Positions 9,936 through 21,680 of a stretch of 64,000 bases of DNA are shown here, piece after piece. The DNA is from an uncultured Holophagales bacterium (GTDB lineage: Bacteria; Acidobacteriota; Thermoanaerobaculia; Multivoradales; UBA5704). Position numbers and translations under genes: made by a program. Location of the stretch: positions 68,575 to 132,574 of the forward strand of contig CAWJQA010000001.1 of NCBI GenBank assembly GCA_963844885.1. The letters are read 5' to 3'. Each line of letters starts with the position of its first letter. The first letter of the stretch is position 1. Under the pieces are notes generated by a model. The model did not search any database, had not been told where the DNA came from, and saw only the letters and a list, made by a program, of their open reading frames with translations.

Positions 9936-10128
9936 CGACGTTGGGGAACGGCTCCCCAACGTCACCGGGCGCTCTGCGCCGGCAGCGCGGGTCCGCGCAT
10001 CGATGGGGAACGTCTCCCCAACGGGAACGGGCGACGTCCGCTTGTGGGGAAGAGCTCCCCAACGCGCCCGGGCGTTGCGCACTGCGGCGGCGGCTCCGGT
10101 CCGCGTTGGGGAAGCGTTCCCCATCGAT
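9936..10128. repeat. Four degenerate palindromic units TGGGGAA-N4-TCCCCA
   Basis: GGGGAA starts at 9943, 10005, 10046 and 10108. Confidence 0.8.
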
Positions 10129-10334
10129 GCTGAACGATCTCACGCTGGCGCGCCGGGGCGTACGGGCGCACCCATGCTGAAGACCCCTCCCCGACCCTCC
10201 CCCGCTTCGCGGGAGAGGGCGCCCCCGCCCTCGCAGGCGGAAATCACCAGAGCCTTTCCAGACCGTAGGCGTCGAGGACGCCGCGGGGGCTATACTCGTC
10301 GCCAGACGACCCGGCTTCTGCTAGGATACCGGAT

Positions 10335-10646
10335 ATGGACGAAAAACGCCCAGGCTACAACCTCAAGGCGCCGGGTGCCTCCGGCGCTTCGGCGCTGCAT
10401 CTGCCGGGGCGCGCCGGCTTTCCGGGGCTCGACGAGCATCTGGTCGCGCCGGAGGTGTCGCGCGACGAGGTCATCAAAGGCCGGCGGGTGGTGGCGCATC
10501 CGGCCTTGGAGGCCCATGGGGACAAGCACGGCGAGCTCGACTTTGTCGTGCGGGGTTCGAGCCGCGTTGGCGGCCTCCGCGGACGAGGTTGCGACGGAGC
10601 CCTGAATCCGGCGCTGAGGCTTTCCAACGTTCCCCGATCGGGATAG
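10335..10646 (+). pseudogene. Truncated Uma2-like (PDDEXK) protein N-terminus
   Basis: LDEHLVAPEVSRDEVIKGRRVVAHPALEAHGDKHGELDFVVR resembles the N-terminal E-x-I-x-G...P...H segment of Uma2-type proteins; the resemblance stops abruptly and the catalytic core is absent. Confidence 0.5.
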
Positions 10647-10649
10647 GAT
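10621..10649 (+). promoter_or_regulatory. Putative rnpB promoter (TTTCCA-N17-TAGGAT)
   Basis: A -10-like hexamer lies about 7 nt before the P1 helix. Confidence 0.35.
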
Positions 10650-10655
10650 ACCCCC

Positions 10656-11072
10656 GCTGGAGAGCTTCAGGCGGTCGCTTCGGGCGTCCTTCGGGACGGC
10701 CCGGAGAGGAAAGTCCGAGCTCCTACGGGCGGCATGCTCGCTAACGGCGAGGCGCGGCGACGCGACGGAAAGTGCAACAGAAAAGATACCGCCGGGTCTC
10801 CATCCCTCGGGAGGGGAATCCGGTAAGGGTGAAATGGTGCGGTAAGAGCGCACCGCTCCGGCGGCGACGGCGGAGGACAGGGAAAACCCCATGCGGAGCA
10901 AGACCAAATAGGGGAACGGTTTGCGGGCTGCCCGTCCCGCCTCCGGGCCTTCGGGTCCGGGGCCGTTTCCGGGTAGGTTGCTGGAGGCCGGCGGCAACGC
11001 CGGTCCCAGAGGAATGACAGCTCACCCGGCTTCGGCCGGGGATACAGAACTCGGCTTATGGAGCTCTCCGGC
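10656..11072 (+). ncRNA. rnpB: RNase P RNA, bacterial type A
   Basis: GAGGAAAGTCCGAGCTC, AGTGCAACAGAAA, GGGTGAAATGGTGCGGTAAGAGCGCACCGC, GGAGCAAGACCAAATAG, ACAGAACTCGGCTTA; P1 pairs GGAGAGCTTCA with TGGAGCTCTCC. Confidence 0.97.
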
Positions 11073-11074
11073 TT

Positions 11075-11971
11075 TTGATCTCCACTCCCACGCTGCCGCC
11101 TCCCTGCGGTCCCGGCGACCGCGTCGGGGTGGCCGCTCTGTCCGGCCCGGTCGATCCCGAGAAGCTCGAAGCGGGCCTCGAATCGCTACGCCGGCTCGGC
11201 TTCGAGCCGGTCCTGGCGGACAACGCCCTCGCTCGCCGCGGCTATCTCGCCGGTTCCGATGAGGAGCGCCTCGCCGGCTTCCATCGCCTCGCCGCCGATC
11301 CGGACATCCGGGCCATCTTTTTCACCCGCGGCGGCTACGGCGTGCCGCGCATCCTCCCGGGGCTCGACTGGGATCTGCTGGCCCGCCATCCCCGCGCCTA
11401 CGTAGGCTATTCCGATTTGACTCCGTTTCTGACCGGGATCGTCCAGCGCCTCGGGCTCGTGGCCTTCCATGGCCCGCTGGTCGGCGGCGAGCTCGCCCGT
11501 GGATTGGAGCCGGAGGAGGAGATTTCGCTGATGGATGCCCTGGCCGGGCTTTACCCGGCCGAGCAGCCGTTCCAGGGTTGGCTGCGAGAAGGTACCTGCG
11601 AGGGGCCGCTCCTGGGCGGCTGCCTGAGCCTGCTCGCCGCCACCGCCGGCACCCCCTGGTTTCCGGACCTGGAAGGCGCCGTGGTGTTCTGGGAGGAGAT
11701 CAATGAGGCGCCGTATCGCGTCGACCGTATGTTGACCCACCTCCGGCTGTCGGGTAATCTGACAGGGATCGCGGGAATGATCGTCGGCCACGTGGGGACC
11801 AACAATGGGATCGACTGGCCGGCTGTCGTCGGCGAGAGCCTTTCGGGGTACTCCTTGCCTTTGGCGTGGGGTCTTCCGGCGGGCCATCTCCCGCGGAACT
11901 GGACTCTTCCCTTGGGGCTTCCGGCCCGCCTCGAAGCCGGCAAGCTCAGGATGGTGATCGGCCTATTATGA
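11075..11971 (+). CDS. ldcA: LD-carboxypeptidase (peptidase S66)
   Basis: TRGGYG, YVGYSDLT, FHGP, FWEEINE, GLPAGH. Confidence 0.93.
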   Translation: MISTPTLPPPCGPGDRVGVAALSGPVDPEKLEAGLESLRRLGFEPVLADNALARRGYLAGSDEERLAGFHRLAADPDIRAIFFTRGGYGVPRILPGLDWDLLARHPRAYVGYSDLTPFLTGIVQRLGLVAFHGPLVGGELARGLEPEEEISLMDALAGLYPAEQPFQGWLREGTCEGPLLGGCLSLLAATAGTPWFPDLEGAVVFWEEINEAPYRVDRMLTHLRLSGNLTGIAGMIVGHVGTNNGIDWPAVVGESLSGYSLPLAWGLPAGHLPRNWTLPLGLPARLEAGKLRMVIGLL

Positions 11972-12798
11972 GTAATGCTCCCGTCTTCAAGACGACCAGC
12001 AACGGTGGTACCGGCGGGGTGGCGCCGGCCCCGGCTCCCGGGAGGAAGACCCCTGCCGGCCTCATCCTGGAGCTGCGGGAAGGGGATTTCATCTTCCGCG
12101 AAGGTGAGCTCGGGACCGAGATGTACATCATCAACGAGGGCAAGGTCGAGATCCTCAGCGGAGCCGGGGGCAGCGAGCAGCTCCTCTCCCTCCTGGAAAA
12201 GGGCGACTTCTTCGGCGAGATGTCGATCCTGGAGGATCTGCCGCGCGGCGCCTCGGCGCGGGCCGCCACGGACGTCAAGCTGCTCCAGATCAACGGCTCG
12301 ACCTTCGACCTGCTCCTGCGGAACAACCCCGAGATCGCCGTGCGCATGATGCGCAAGCTGGCCCGCCGGCTGCGCGATACCGACGATCTCCTGCGCTCGT
12401 CGACCGAGCACCGGGAGGCCGCCGCCGGCGTCTCCCGCGAGATCCCGCGCATGGACGTGCAGGCCCCGGCCGAAGGCGCCGAGCGGTTCATCCACGTCTC
12501 CTCCGGCATGGAGCTTCCGCTCTCGACCGGCCTGGAGACCACCGTCGGGCGCAAGGACGCGGTCACCGGCATCTACCCGGACATCGATCTTTCCCCGCTG
12601 GACCAGCAGCGCTCCATCAGTCGCCGCCACGCCAAGATCTACCGCCGCGGAGCGAAGTTCTTCGTCGGCGAGGAGATCGGCACCATGAACAGCACCTTCG
12701 TCAACGGCACCCGGCTGGAGACCGGCGTGCCGACCGAGATCAAGTCCGGAGACGAGGTGCGCTTCGGCGTGGTCGCGCTCAAGTTCCAGGTGCCATAG
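11968..12798 (+). CDS. cNMP-binding domain plus FHA domain protein
   Basis: IFREGELGTEMYII...GDFFGEMSIL...PRGASARA; FHA motifs VGRKD, ISRRHA, TMNSTFVNG. Confidence 0.88.
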   Translation: MSNAPVFKTTSNGGTGGVAPAPAPGRKTPAGLILELREGDFIFREGELGTEMYIINEGKVEILSGAGGSEQLLSLLEKGDFFGEMSILEDLPRGASARAATDVKLLQINGSTFDLLLRNNPEIAVRMMRKLARRLRDTDDLLRSSTEHREAAAGVSREIPRMDVQAPAEGAERFIHVSSGMELPLSTGLETTVGRKDAVTGIYPDIDLSPLDQQRSISRRHAKIYRRGAKFFVGEEIGTMNSTFVNGTRLETGVPTEIKSGDEVRFGVVALKFQVP

Positions 12799-12800
12799 CC

Positions 12801-14763
<1,963 letters not shown>

Positions 14764-14789
<26 letters not shown>

Positions 14790-16005
14790 CTCCGCTCCGA
14801 CCCCTCTCCGCGTTCTCCTGGTCGCCAACACCCTCCCACCCCGGGACGTTTCCGGTGTCGGGGAACAGGTGCTACAGTTGGCGGCCGGTCTGCGCGAGGC
14901 CGGGTGCGAGGTGGAGGTGCTGGGTCGCGGTCCGGATCAGGTTCGAGGTCCCAAGGTTCTTTTCCCCCTGTTTGCCGTGCCGGCGGTCCGGCGGGCGCTG
15001 CGGCGCTTCCGGCCGCACGTCGTCCAGGTCCATGAGTCGGACGGCGGGCTGGCGGCGCTGCTGGTTCGGAGGCTCGCGCCGCGGCTCGATCCGAAGCCCC
15101 GCCTGGTGGCCCTGCTCCAGGTGAGCTACGTCGAGGAGCGGCGGGCGGTGCGGCCGCTGGTGGCGGGCGGCCGGGTGCTGGGAAGGCCGGGGGGCGTCGA
15201 GCGCCGGTTCCGCTGGCTCAAGGCGCCGCTCCAGATCCTGCTGGGACGGCTCACGGCGCGGGCGGCCGATCTGGTCCTGGCGCCGAGTGCGGCCACCGCC
15301 GCCGAGCTGCGCAGGGATTATTTTGGCGGGACCGGAGTGACTGGAGCGGCGGTGGTCCCGAACGTGACCGGAGGGTTGGAAGTGGGAGGTGGGGGTGACG
15401 CTGAGGATGCTGAGGACGAGGCGCCGGGCTATCTGCTGTTCGTCGGACGGCTCCGGATCCGCAAGGGGGTGGAGGTTCTGCTGGAAGCTCTCCGGCCCGG
15501 GATGCGTTTGCTGATCGCGGGCGACGGCGAGCATCGGGCCGCGCTGGAGCGCAAGGCGGCGGAGCTGGGGCCGGTGGGGATCACCTCCCGGGTCCGCTTC
15601 CTGGGCCGCTGCGGCGCGGGCCGGGTCCGCCGGCTGCTGAACGGCGCCGCGGCCCTGGTCGTGCCCTCCATCTACGAGGGCATGCCGCTGGTGGTCCTGG
15701 AAGCGATGGAGGCTGGAATTCCTGTCGTGGCGAGCCGCGTGAGCGGCATCCCCGAGGTCGTGGAGGACGGTCGCACCGGCTGGCTCGTGCCGCCGGAAGA
15801 CCCCCACGCCCTGGCCGCGGCGCTGAACGAGGTTCTGGAGAGGCCGGAGGAGGCGCGCCGCCGCGGTGAAGAAGGCCGGCGCCGGGTGGACGAGCGCTTC
15901 CGGCCGCGCAACGCGGTGTCAGCTTGGATGCGGGCCGTTGGGCAAATAGGAGACGAAGAGATGGCAGACAACCACACAATCCCTGATCGAGGCGCCCGGC
16001 CATGA
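14764..16005 (+). CDS. Glycosyltransferase family 4
   Basis: LFVGRLRIRKGV, PSIYEGMPLVVLEAMEAGIPVVAS; GTG start inferred. Confidence 0.9.
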
Positions 16006-16490
16006 TGGGCCGCGCCCTTCTGATCGTCGGCGCCATGGCCACCCTCGGCCTGGCGGTGACCGCCGTGTTCGGCTACATGCTCCAGGGACCGGTGGGACCC
16101 GAGATGTCCCGCCACGTCCTGGTGGCGCTGGCCTCCAGCCTCCTCCTGCTCTTCTCCCACTGCTGGATCATGTTCTATCTGATCGGTACCGGGAAGGCGA
16201 TCAAGGAGGCCGTCAACGAGAACAAGCTCGAGCCGGACCTGATCGAGGAAACCAAGCGGTACAAGAACCGCTCCTACCCCTCCCTGATGCTGGCGATGGC
16301 GCTCGTGATGGCCACCTTCATCCTCGGCGGCGGCGCGGCCACCGGCGTGCTGCCGGTCTGGATCCACCACGTCCTCTTCTGGGCGGCGCTCGTGGCGCAG
16401 GGCCGCTCCCTGTGGATCGAAAAGGGCGTGCTCGAAGCCAACGAGCGCCTCATGGCCGATATCGACCGCCGGCTGCTGGCGAGGGCTTGA
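16002..16490 (+). CDS. Hypothetical membrane protein (about 4 TM, with His residues near the helices)
   Basis: Hydrophobic segments, strong codon bias, overlaps the GT4 stop and abuts trpS. Confidence 0.75.
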   Translation: MMGRALLIVGAMATLGLAVTAVFGYMLQGPVGPEMSRHVLVALASSLLLLFSHCWIMFYLIGTGKAIKEAVNENKLEPDLIEETKRYKNRSYPSLMLAMALVMATFILGGGAATGVLPVWIHHVLFWAALVAQGRSLWIEKGVLEANERLMADIDRRLLARA

Positions 16491-16491
16491 G

Positions 16492-17517
16492 ATGGGAGAG
16501 ACCGTGACGGACCAGAAAACCGTGCTCTCGGGCATGCGCTCGACGGGCAAGATCCACCTGGGCAACTACTTCGGGGCGCTCAAGAACTGGATCGACCTCC
16601 AGGACCGCTACCGCTGCCTCTACATGGCCGCCGACTGGCACGCCCTGACCACCGACTACGCCGACACCTCCCAGGTGGCCGACAACACCCTCGAAATGGT
16701 CACCGACTGGATCGCCGCCGGGCTCGACCCGCAACGCTCCGTGATCTTCGTCCAGTCCATGGTGCCCGAGCACGCCGAGCTGCACCTGCTCTTCTCGATG
16801 ATCACCCCGCTCGGCTGGCTGGAGCGGGTGCCGACCTACAAGGAGCAGGTCCAGCAGATCGAGAACAAGGATCTCTCGAACTACGGCTTCCTCGGCTACC
16901 CCGTGCTCCAGACCGTGGACGTCGCCGTCTATCGCGCCCATTTCGTGCCGGTGGGGGAGGACCAGGCGAGCCACCTGGAGCTGGCGCGCGAGATCGTCCG
17001 CCGCTTCAACTCCCTCTACGGCGAGGTCTTCCCCGAACCCAAGGCGCTGTTCACGCCGACCCCGAAAGTGCCCGGGATCGACGGCCGCAAGATGTCCAAG
17101 TCCTACGGCAACGCCATCAACCTCTCCGATCCGCCGGAGGCGGTGCTGGCCAAGTGCAAGCAGATGTTCACCGACCCCGAGCGCGTGATGCGCAAGGACC
17201 CGGGCCGCCCCGACGTCTGCAACCTGTACGAGTTCCACAAGCTGATGTCCCCCACCGACGTCCAGGAGCGGGTCTATCATCAGTGCAAGGCCGCCGAGAT
17301 CGGCTGCGTGGACGACAAGAAACTGCTGGCCGGGATCATCAACGGCTTTCTGGACCCCATCCGCGAGCGGCGGCGGGAGCTGGACCGCGACACCGTCTAC
17401 GACATCCTTCTCGACGGCTCGCGGCGCGCCCGCGAGCACGCCGGGGAGACGATGCAGAAAGTCCGCGAAGCCATGGGAATGGACTACGGCAAGGCCGTGA
17501 GGAAAGCCCGGGGATGA
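16492..17517 (+). CDS. trpS: Tryptophan--tRNA ligase
   Basis: SGMRSTGKIHLGNY, VPVGEDQ, KMSKS. Confidence 0.97.
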   Translation: MGETVTDQKTVLSGMRSTGKIHLGNYFGALKNWIDLQDRYRCLYMAADWHALTTDYADTSQVADNTLEMVTDWIAAGLDPQRSVIFVQSMVPEHAELHLLFSMITPLGWLERVPTYKEQVQQIENKDLSNYGFLGYPVLQTVDVAVYRAHFVPVGEDQASHLELAREIVRRFNSLYGEVFPEPKALFTPTPKVPGIDGRKMSKSYGNAINLSDPPEAVLAKCKQMFTDPERVMRKDPGRPDVCNLYEFHKLMSPTDVQERVYHQCKAAEIGCVDDKKLLAGIINGFLDPIRERRRELDRDTVYDILLDGSRRAREHAGETMQKVREAMGMDYGKAVRKARG

Positions 17518-18377
17518 GCCGTCCGCGCAAGCCGGAAGAGCCGCCCGAAGAGAGTCCGGGCGGGGCCGCGATGGAAGGCGATACCGGGGCGCCGGAAGTC
17601 AGCGCCCTTCTCCCCGACGCCTGGCGCGTCCACCTGCCTGTCTTCGAAGGGCCGCTCGACCTGCTGCTCCACCTGATCAAGATGAACCGGGTGGAGATCA
17701 CCGATATCCCGGTGGCCACGATCTGCGACCAGTTCCACGCCTACCTGCACCTGATGGAAGAGCTGAACCTGGACGTGGCCGGCGAGTACATCTACGAAGC
17801 CGCGCTGCTGATCCATCTGAAGTCCAAGATGCTGCTGCCGCGTCCGCCCAAGGTCGAAGGCGAGCCCGAGGAGGATCCGCGGCAGGAGCTGGTCCAGCGC
17901 CTTCTGGAATACCGCCGGCTCAAGGAGATCGCCCAGTCCTTCGCCGAGGTCGACCGGATGCGCATGGGCATCTGGACCCGCCGGCCGCAGCCGCTGCCGC
18001 AGGCGCCGGAAGACGAGGAGGGAGTGGTCGACCTGGGCGAGGTCTCCCTCTTCGACCTCATGGGAGCGCTGCGCCAGGCGCTGGTCCGCTACGACCGGGA
18101 GCATCCGCCACCGCTCCAGCTCAGCCTGGAAGCCTATTCGGTGCGGGGCCAGTTCGACCGCCTGCTCGGAATCCTCGATGCCGGCCGGCCGTTCGACCTC
18201 GTGGACGACCTGCGCACCCGCTCCTGCCGGTCCGAGGCCATCGCCGCCTTCCTGGCCGTGCTGGAGCTGGCGCGCCTGAACCTGGTGCGCGTCCACCAGA
18301 CGGAGAGCGGCGACATCCTTCTCTACCGCACCACGCGTGAGCTGAGCAGTCTGGATCGGGAGGCGATCTCGGGATGA
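17514..18377 (+). CDS. scpA: Segregation and condensation protein A
   Basis: FEGPLDLLLHLI, EDPRQELVQRLLEY, FLAVLEL. Confidence 0.94.
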   Translation: MSRPRKPEEPPEESPGGAAMEGDTGAPEVSALLPDAWRVHLPVFEGPLDLLLHLIKMNRVEITDIPVATICDQFHAYLHLMEELNLDVAGEYIYEAALLIHLKSKMLLPRPPKVEGEPEEDPRQELVQRLLEYRRLKEIAQSFAEVDRMRMGIWTRRPQPLPQAPEDEEGVVDLGEVSLFDLMGALRQALVRYDREHPPPLQLSLEAYSVRGQFDRLLGILDAGRPFDLVDDLRTRSCRSEAIAAFLAVLELARLNLVRVHQTESGDILLYRTTRELSSLDREAISG

Positions 18378-19147
18378 TCGAGCGTAGTGAGATGGAAGCG
18401 GCCCTGGAGGCGATCCTCTTCGTCTCCTCCGAGCCGGTGCCGCGGACGAAGCTGATGGAGCTGTTCGACGAGGACGACCGCGCCCAGGCCGCCGAGGCGC
18501 TGGAGGCCGTGCTCGCCCGCTACGGCGAAGGCGACGGCCGCGGCGTGCTGGTCGAAGACGTGGCCGGCGGCGTGCGCCTGGCGACCCGGCCCGAGGTGGG
18601 GAGCTGGCTGCGGCGCTTCTTCGACGTGGCCGGCGGCACCAAGCTGTCGATGGCCGCGCTGGAGACCCTGGCGATCATCGCCTACCGGCAGCCCATGACC
18701 GGACCGGAGATCCAGGAGCTGCGCGGCGTCAGCGCCGCGGGCGTCCTCAAGACCCTCCTGGAACGCCGGCTTGTGCGCATCACCGGCCGCAAGGAGGTGG
18801 TGGGCAAGCCGTTCCTCTACGGTACCACCAAGGAGTTCCTGCTCCACTTCGGCCTCAACAGCCTGAAGGATCTGCCGCCGCTCGAAGAGTTCGAGGAGAC
18901 CTTCGGCGCGGTCGGCGGCGGCACCGGGCCCGGCGGCGACTTGAGCCCCTCCACCATGGAGGCCTTCCTGCCGCCCGCCGAGCCCAGCGAAGAGATGATG
19001 GCGGCGATGGCCGCCGAGACCGCGGAGGCCGAGGCGGCCGTGGAAACCGTGGAAACATTCCGGTCTGACGACCGCGAGGAGAGCTTCCTGCGTGAGGTGG
19101 CAGCCCTCGAAGAAGCCAGCGACGGCCATGAGCATGAGCCGGAGTAG
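18374..19147 (+). CDS. scpB: SMC-Scp complex subunit ScpB
   Basis: LEAILF, LSMAALETLAIIAYRQP, GKPFLYGTTKEFLLHFGL; acidic tail. Confidence 0.95.
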   Translation: MIERSEMEAALEAILFVSSEPVPRTKLMELFDEDDRAQAAEALEAVLARYGEGDGRGVLVEDVAGGVRLATRPEVGSWLRRFFDVAGGTKLSMAALETLAIIAYRQPMTGPEIQELRGVSAAGVLKTLLERRLVRITGRKEVVGKPFLYGTTKEFLLHFGLNSLKDLPPLEEFEETFGAVGGGTGPGGDLSPSTMEAFLPPAEPSEEMMAAMAAETAEAEAAVETVETFRSDDREESFLREVAALEEASDGHEHEPE

Positions 19148-19153
19148 AGAGGA

Positions 19154-20074
19154 GTGCGCATGGAAGAACGACTGCAGAAGATCCTGGCCCGGGCGGGTAT
19201 CGCCTCGCGGCGCAAGGTCGAAGAGATGATCGAGCAGGGGCTCGTCACCGTCAACGGCCAGGTAGCCGCGATCGGCGACAAGGCCGACCCCGAGCACGAC
19301 GCCATCAAGGTTGAAGGCCGGCGCATCCAGCCGCACACGGGCGAGCACCACTACCTGCTCCTCAACAAGCCCAAGGGGGTCATGTCCACCCTCTCCGACC
19401 CGGAAGGGCGGCCGACGGTCATCGAGTTCATTCCGCCGGCGCTACGCAAGGCCCTGGTCCCGGTCGGCCGCCTCGACTACTACACCGAAGGCCTGATCCT
19501 GCTCACCGACGACGGCGAGTTCGCCCAGCGCGTCTCGCATCCGCGCTACGGCAGCGTCAAGACCTACGAGGTGAAGGTCAAGGGCCGTCCCGCCGAAACC
19601 GCGCTCGACCGTCTCCGGGCCGGCATCCTGCTCGCCGGCAGGAAGACCGCTCCGGCGACCATCACCGCCCGGCCGTCGCCCGCCGCGCACCACCGCCGCC
19701 GCGACGACGACGAGGGGGGAGAAAATACCTGGTGGGTCGTCCGGCTGACCGAAGGCCGCACGCGCCAGATCCGCGAGATGTTCCAGTACATCGGCCATCC
19801 CGTCCAGAAGCTGCGCCGGGTGTCGATCGGCCCTCTCCGGGACCCCGACCTGCCGCTCGGCTCGGTGCGGGAGCTGACACCGAGAGAGGTCCAGGCGCTC
19901 CTCAAAGTCTCGGCCGAGAAGCGTCCAGCCCGCCCCACGAAGAAGCCGGCGCCCAAGCCGCCCGGCACCCGCGGTCCGGCCGCGAAGAAGCCTGTGGCGA
20001 GGGCGAAGAAGGCGGTCTCCGGCAAAGCCGTGGCGAAAAGGTCGCCGCACCGTCCGGGAAGATCGACCCGATGA
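19154..20074 (+). CDS. rluB: Pseudouridine synthase, RluB/RsuA family
   Basis: ERLQKILARAGIASRR S4 domain, VGRLD, EGRTRQIR. Confidence 0.9.
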   Translation: MRMEERLQKILARAGIASRRKVEEMIEQGLVTVNGQVAAIGDKADPEHDAIKVEGRRIQPHTGEHHYLLLNKPKGVMSTLSDPEGRPTVIEFIPPALRKALVPVGRLDYYTEGLILLTDDGEFAQRVSHPRYGSVKTYEVKVKGRPAETALDRLRAGILLAGRKTAPATITARPSPAAHHRRRDDDEGGENTWWVVRLTEGRTRQIREMFQYIGHPVQKLRRVSIGPLRDPDLPLGSVRELTPREVQALLKVSAEKRPARPTKKPAPKPPGTRGPAAKKPVARAKKAVSGKAVAKRSPHRPGRSTR

Positions 20075-20778
20075 CGGCGCCGCTCAGCCCTGTCAACCCG
20101 CTCAACCCGCTCATCGTCGCGATCGACGGCCCGTCCGGAGTCGGGAAGAGCACCGCGGCCCGCCGGCTGGCCGGCCGGCTCGGCGTCCCCTTCCTGGATA
20201 CCGGAGCCATGTATCGAGCCATCGCCTTGAAGGTTCTGCGCAGCCACGTAAACCCCGCCGACCGCGCCGCGGTCGAGGCGCTCGCCGTGAAGACCGATGT
20301 CGACCTGGAGCGTGAGGACGACGGCCGCTTCGAGGTGCTCCTCGAAGGCGAGCCGGTTGAGCCCTTCATCCGCGCGCCGGAGGTGGGGGAGGCCGCCTCG
20401 ACCATCTCGATCCATCCCGGGGTCCGCCGCCGCCTGGTGGCGCTCCAGCAGGACGCGGCGCGGCACTGGGGAGGAGTGCTGGAGGGCCGGGACATCGGCA
20501 CCAGGGTCTTTCCCGACACTCCGCACAAGTTCTTCCTCGACGCCCGCGTGGACGTCCGGGTCCGCCGCCGCCACGACGAGCTGTTGGCCGCGGGCCGGGA
20601 CCTGCCCTACGACCAGGTGCTCGCCGAGATCGAAAGCCGCGACCACCGCGACAGGACCCGGGAAGACTCGCCGCTGACCTGCGACGAGAGCTACACCCTC
20701 GTGGACACCTCCGACCTGACGATCGATCAGGTGGTGGAGGTTATGGCCGGGGCGATCCAGGTTCGCGAAAGCGTGTAA
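20071..20778 (+). CDS. cmk: Cytidylate kinase
   Basis: AIDGPSGVGKST, LDTGAMYRA, VLEGRDIGT. Confidence 0.95.
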   Translation: MTAPLSPVNPLNPLIVAIDGPSGVGKSTAARRLAGRLGVPFLDTGAMYRAIALKVLRSHVNPADRAAVEALAVKTDVDLEREDDGRFEVLLEGEPVEPFIRAPEVGEAASTISIHPGVRRRLVALQQDAARHWGGVLEGRDIGTRVFPDTPHKFFLDARVDVRVRRRHDELLAAGRDLPYDQVLAEIESRDHRDRTREDSPLTCDESYTLVDTSDLTIDQVVEVMAGAIQVRESV

Positions 20779-20928
20779 GGGGGAGACGCCGAACGGCCTC
20801 GCTGGCCTTCCTGTTCCGCCCAACTCCGTCCGGCAGGCCTTTTGCAAGCTTGGTCATCGGGGGGCTGCCCCTTCGGGGCGCCCTCACGCCACGACTACAA
20901 CGGGTTATCCCGCGAAGGAGGACACATC

Positions 20929-21468
20929 ATGGGTCTCATTCAATTTGCCAAGGATGTCGGAAGGAAGCTGGGGCTCGGAGACGACGACAAGAAGGTGCAG
21001 GGCCAGGCTCCGCAGGCGGCCCCGCACGCTCAGCAGGCACCCACCCCTGAGCAGGTCCGCGAGCTCCAGGACCGCCGCAGGACGGCGGCCCTGACGAAGC
21101 TCGTCCAGGACATGGGGCTCCACGTCGAAGGTCTGGCGGTCCATGTAGCCGGCGACAAGGTCACGCTCACCGGCACTCCCCGCAACCAGGAGGAGAGGGA
21201 GAAGATCGTCCTGCTCGTCGGCAACACCGAGGGCATAGGCAACGTGGACGACCAGATGAAGGTCACCCAGGCGGCTCCCGAGGCCACCTACTACGAGGTC
21301 AAGGCGGGCGACACCCTGTCCAAAATTTCCAAACAGTTCTACGGCGACGCCAATAAGTACAACCAGATCTTCGAGGCGAACAAGCCGATGCTGAAGAGCC
21401 CGGACGAGATCTATCCGGGCCAGAGGCTACGCATCCCCGCCGCCGCCGCCGCCCCCGTCCACGCCTGA
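20929..21468 (+). CDS. BON plus LysM domain protein (Kbp/YgaU family)
   Basis: MGLIQFAKDVGRKL, REKIVLLVGN, YEVKAGDTLSKISKQFYGDANKYNQIFEAN, IYPGQ; AGGAGG SD. Confidence 0.92.
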   Translation: MGLIQFAKDVGRKLGLGDDDKKVQGQAPQAAPHAQQAPTPEQVRELQDRRRTAALTKLVQDMGLHVEGLAVHVAGDKVTLTGTPRNQEEREKIVLLVGNTEGIGNVDDQMKVTQAAPEATYYEVKAGDTLSKISKQFYGDANKYNQIFEANKPMLKSPDEIYPGQRLRIPAAAAAPVHA

Positions 21469-21483
21469 CAACAACCATTCTTC

Positions 21484-21511
21484 CAGGCGGCCGGAGCCTT
21501 TCGGCCGCCTG
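21484..21511 (+). terminator. Hairpin after the BON-LysM gene
   Basis: CAGGCGGCCG/CGGCCGCCTG stem; no U tract. Confidence 0.45.
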
Positions 21512-21554
21512 CCTGGCTCAACGAGCTTTCCCGCGCATACCCGGAGGAGCATCC

Positions 21555-21680
21555 ATGCCCACAGCCGTCTCACCCCAGCAAGTCGCTGCCGCGCTGACCG
21601 AGCTTTGGTCGCCGCTCCACACGGGCGACGTCGTCACGGAGAAGACCCGCACGCTTGCCGAGCAACTGCGGCCGGTATGA
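21555..21680 (+). pseudogene. Internally deleted cupin-family gene (41 aa)
   Basis: GGAGGAG SD then MPTAVSPQQVAAALTELWSP-LHTGDVVTEKTRTLAEQLRPV. It resembles the N- and C-termini of a small cupin family joined without the barrel; ATGA-coupled to the next gene. Confidence 0.55.

Noticed and set aside
9936-10128. Mini CRISPR array
   Set aside because: Repeats are short and degenerate, spacers alternate between about 20 and 40 bp, and there is no leader or cas gene
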